In this document: positions 61,021 to 64,000 of the stretch, piece after piece | How the letters are laid out: every line of letters begins with the position of its first letter | Numbering within the stretch: the first letter of the stretch is position 1 | NCBI GenBank assembly: GCA_001179505.1 | Contig: CDMY01000170.1 | Coordinates: forward strand, 116,057 to 180,056 | Length of the DNA: 64,000 bases | Source: Vitrella brassicaformis CCMP3155 | Taxonomy: Eukaryota; Protista; Chromerida | Direction of reading: 5' to 3' | Program-made: the position numbers and the translations under genes | The notes under the pieces: generated by a model | Seen by the model: the letters and a program-made list of their open reading frames with translations, nothing else | What the model was told of the DNA's origin: nothing | Database searches by the model: none

Positions 61021-61320
61021 NNNNNNNNNNNNNNNNNNNNNNNNNNNNNNNNNNNNNNNNNNNNNNNNNNNNNNNNNNNNNNNNNNNNNNNNNNNNNNNN
61101 NNNNNNNNNNNNNNNNNNNNNNNNNNNNNNNNNNNNNNNNNNNNNNNNNNNNNNNNNNNNNNNNNNNNNNNNNNNNNNNNNNNNNNNNNNNNNNNNNNNN
61201 NNNNNNNNNNNNNNNNNNNNNNNNNNNNNNNNNNNNNNNNNNNNNNNNNNNNNNNNNNNNNNNNNNNNNNNNNNNNNNNNNNNNNNNNNNNNNNNNNNNN
61301 NNNNNNNNNNNNNNNNNNNN
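61021..61320. other. Assembly gap (300 N) preceded by a poly-G run
   Basis: Directly visible. Confidence 1.
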
Positions 61321-61448
61321 GCGCTGGGCAAAGCTCGCAGCTAAGCTCGCAGATCCCAAACAGCGAAGTACGCGAGGAGTTGCATTGCATGTACATCACT
61401 GCTGGACCTCGGGAGACAGCTTCTTCAGCTGACGGCCTGTAATCGAAG

Positions 61449-63495
61449 ATGAGTGGCGTTGTGTCCCTGAGGTCAATGACCCTGCTGGGACTCGGCATTG
61501 TGTTCGGAGGGCTTGTTGTTGCCGGTAAGGGACCACGGAAGAACAATTCATGACTCATCTCTGTATGCTCCACTTGTGTGCGGCGCTGTGCAGCCTGGTC
61601 ATGGCCTTGGCGTCAGTTGGCCCTCACATGGCGGTCTGCACGCGACAGACGACGGCTGTTGCGCCGTCTGCGGGCACTCCAGCGCGATGTGCTGCTGCCC
61701 AGATCCGCCATCGTGCTCAATGAGCCCCTGGACGAGCAAACCCCTACAACATATCGCTTCTCTGTGCTGCAGTTCAACACACTGGCCGACCAGTAAGCTG
61801 ACTGACACGTATGATGGTGAATCTGAGTGGTCACCATGATGAGAGGCTATGTATCGCCTTACATGTGTTGTGTGTGAGTGCAGGTATTCTCAGCAGGACA
61901 ATAACTTCGTGCAGTGTGAGCCGAGTGTGCTGGAGTTCTCGTATCGGGGCAGCCTGTTGCTGGCAGAAATCACACGGTAGTATCGGTCGCGCTGACATGA
62001 GTGTGATCGATGTATGTGCACTGCCTCCCTGCCTCCATTGGTGTCTGCAGCGAGCAGCCCGACATTGTGTGTCTGGAGGAGGTCGACAAATTCGACTTCT
62101 TCACAGAGCACCTTAAACGACTCGGTGTGCACCAACCAAACGAACCACATGATTCAATGGCTGAACACACGTCATGTGGCTGTGCATGTGTGTGCATACA
62201 GGCTACCTCGGTCAGTTCCTGCCGAAGCGAGATGAGCGTCGGATGGGGACGGCAGACGGCTGTGCCATCTTCTACAAAGAGGACAAGTTCGCCGAGGTGC
62301 GCCACAAAGGATTCTACTTCGAGGACGCAGCAGGCGGCACAAAGATGAGCCAGGGGGCACTCGCACTCGAACTACAGAACACGCAAATTGAGTGAGCAAA
62401 GTAGAGAGACTATGGCGCATGCTCATGTGCTCGCTGTCTGTGTGTGTTCCATTCAGCAAGCGTCTGTTGGTCGTGGTGACTCATCTGAAGGCCAAGATGG
62501 GCCACGAGGACGTCAGGCTCACCCAGATACAGCAACTCATCAAGTGAGCGCCTCACAGACGCCATGCCACTTTCCTTCACACACCCAAGCACCAACTCCC
62601 TGTTGCTCTCTACTTTGGCTGCACTTCATGCAGGTATCTGCAGGCCGAGTGGGACCTCTTCGACCCATCGGCGTTCGATGAGACTCCCTTGCTCACAGCC
62701 AACAGCCAGCCCTCGCAGTCAGCCTCCAACCCCCAGGCTGCCCGTTCCCCGCCCGATTCGCGCCCATCGGAGCCCCCCTTCCCCTCAAACCGCCCATCTG
62801 GCGCCGGCGACGAGATGACGCGTGGGCCGAGACTGCCAGTCATCATCTGTGGTGGTATGGTATCACGCACACGGCACGCTGATGGAGAGAGGATGGATGT
62901 TTCCCTGTGTGTGGTGTGTGAGCGTAGACTTCAACTCTGAGCCTCACGACGCGACGCCTCGGTGGCTCGAAAAGCACAAGTAAGCAAGCGGAGTAAAAGT
63001 TACCAGGTTCTTGCAGATGTGAAGCCATCCCTTTGCGCGTGTCTGCATATGTGCCTCTGTAGGGGGCTGGGACTGGTGTCTGTTTACGGCCAGGAGAGCA
63101 CGTGGCCTCACCTGACCTACTCGACGTGGAAAATCAGACCCAACGCCGAAGTGAAACGGGTCATCGGTAAGACGCACACACACCCACCCACTTATCCCCC
63201 CACGCACACGGCAGACTGAAGTATTCGTTTGGGCACCGCACCGCTGTGTGCGTGTTTTTCTGGTCAGACTACATCTGGACGAGCCCATCATCCTTGTGTC
63301 TGCTGAAGGTGTTGGCGGCGCCCCCACACGACCAGGTTCCGCCGTGCAGATTCCCAAACGAGAGATACCCGTCAGGTGGGTGAATCACACATACATACTC
63401 ATGTACATTTCGGGAGTGCCGGAATCGGTCTGTATGTCTCTTTGTGTCCGTGTGCAGACCACGTGTCTCTCTGGGCTGAGTTTTCCTTTCGCTAG
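61449..63495 (+). CDS. NOCT: Nocturnin-like EEP-family phosphatase (CCR4-like fold); about 11 exons
   Basis: Spliced motifs FSVLQFNTLA, DNNFVQC, QPDIVCLEEVD, DGCAIFYK, VTHLKAK, PVIICG|DFNSEP, YSTWKIR, I|DYIW, FPNERYPS|DHVSL, all phase-compatible. NFVQC and TWKIR are typical of nocturnin. TAG at 63493-63495. Confidence 0.85.
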
Positions 63496-64000
63496 CGTCA
63501 CTCATAAGTTGGCTGCTGGCACAGCTTTCCTTTGTATGTATGTGAACATCTGTATATTGTATCGGTTGTATGTGGCCATTTTTCGGCTGAATGGCGTGAT
63601 GCAGAAACGCAGTGCAGTGAGGGCAGGTTGAGTCATCTGACTGAGGGTTGGGCTAGTGGGCTTGGCAAAGTATCCTTTGTACACAATGACAACTACCTAG
63701 CAGAGCGCCCAGGATGGAATGGAATTCTCGCCATGAATGAATCGCCGATTGCAGGGGGGGGGAGAAACTGTCATTAACCATAACACTCGTCTGTGTGTCC
63801 GTGATACTCATACAAATACAGTCCCATCAGCACGCAGAGTCAAACAGGCTCAAGGGGAGGAGGGATCAATCCCCGCCCCATCAGCACACCCCAGTCTCGC
63901 AAACCCTCCCCTCCCTCCCCCACGCAGACAGAAGCTAGTCGCACGCGCGAGGGCGATAGACAAGCGAGAGCGAATCCATCCAGACACATGACTGAACTCC

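Noticed and set aside
1-64000. CRISPR arrays, tRNA or rRNA genes, and Cys/Val- or His/Thr-rich ORFs
   Set aside because: No repeat-spacer array, cloverleaf or rRNA signature was seen. CVCVCV and THTHTH peptides are translations of intronic (GT)n/(AC)n microsatellites.

Overview
Intron-rich eukaryotic genomic DNA with short (about 60-110 nt) introns full of (GT)n/(AC)n/(GTCT)n/(GGAT)n microsatellites and GC3-rich exons. A nucleus-encoded PsbP-family protein with a bipartite plastid plus thylakoid-lumen presequence, and a member of an expanded gene family I recall from Vitrella, point to a photosynthetic alveolate, most likely the chromerid Vitrella brassicaformis (inference). I reconstructed about 16 multi-exon genes by hand: a USP deubiquitinase (cut by the left edge), a GNAT-like/PhzF fusion, a duplicated-module ankyrin protein, a GBP-like protein with a dead P-loop, a two-finger C3H1-like protein, a small protein ending in CVIM (CaaX), a ubiquitin-domain protein, a PsbP-like protein, a decayed G-patch gene, a very large LRR protein, a TmcB/TmcC-like multipass protein with frameshifts, coiled-coil and hypothetical proteins, a secreted acidic protein and a nocturnin-like phosphatase. 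Genes sit almost entirely in head-to-head pairs. The most unusual object is a 1,399-bp gag-only Copia-like LTR element (23410-24808) with identical LTR cores, a half-tRNA-Met-type PBS, a 5-bp TSD and non-canonical AG...CT termini, inserted 21 nt upstream of the PsbP-like start codon. No rRNA, tRNA or CRISPR array was seen. Two 300-nt N gaps. Exon boundaries are manual and approximate; no searches were run.
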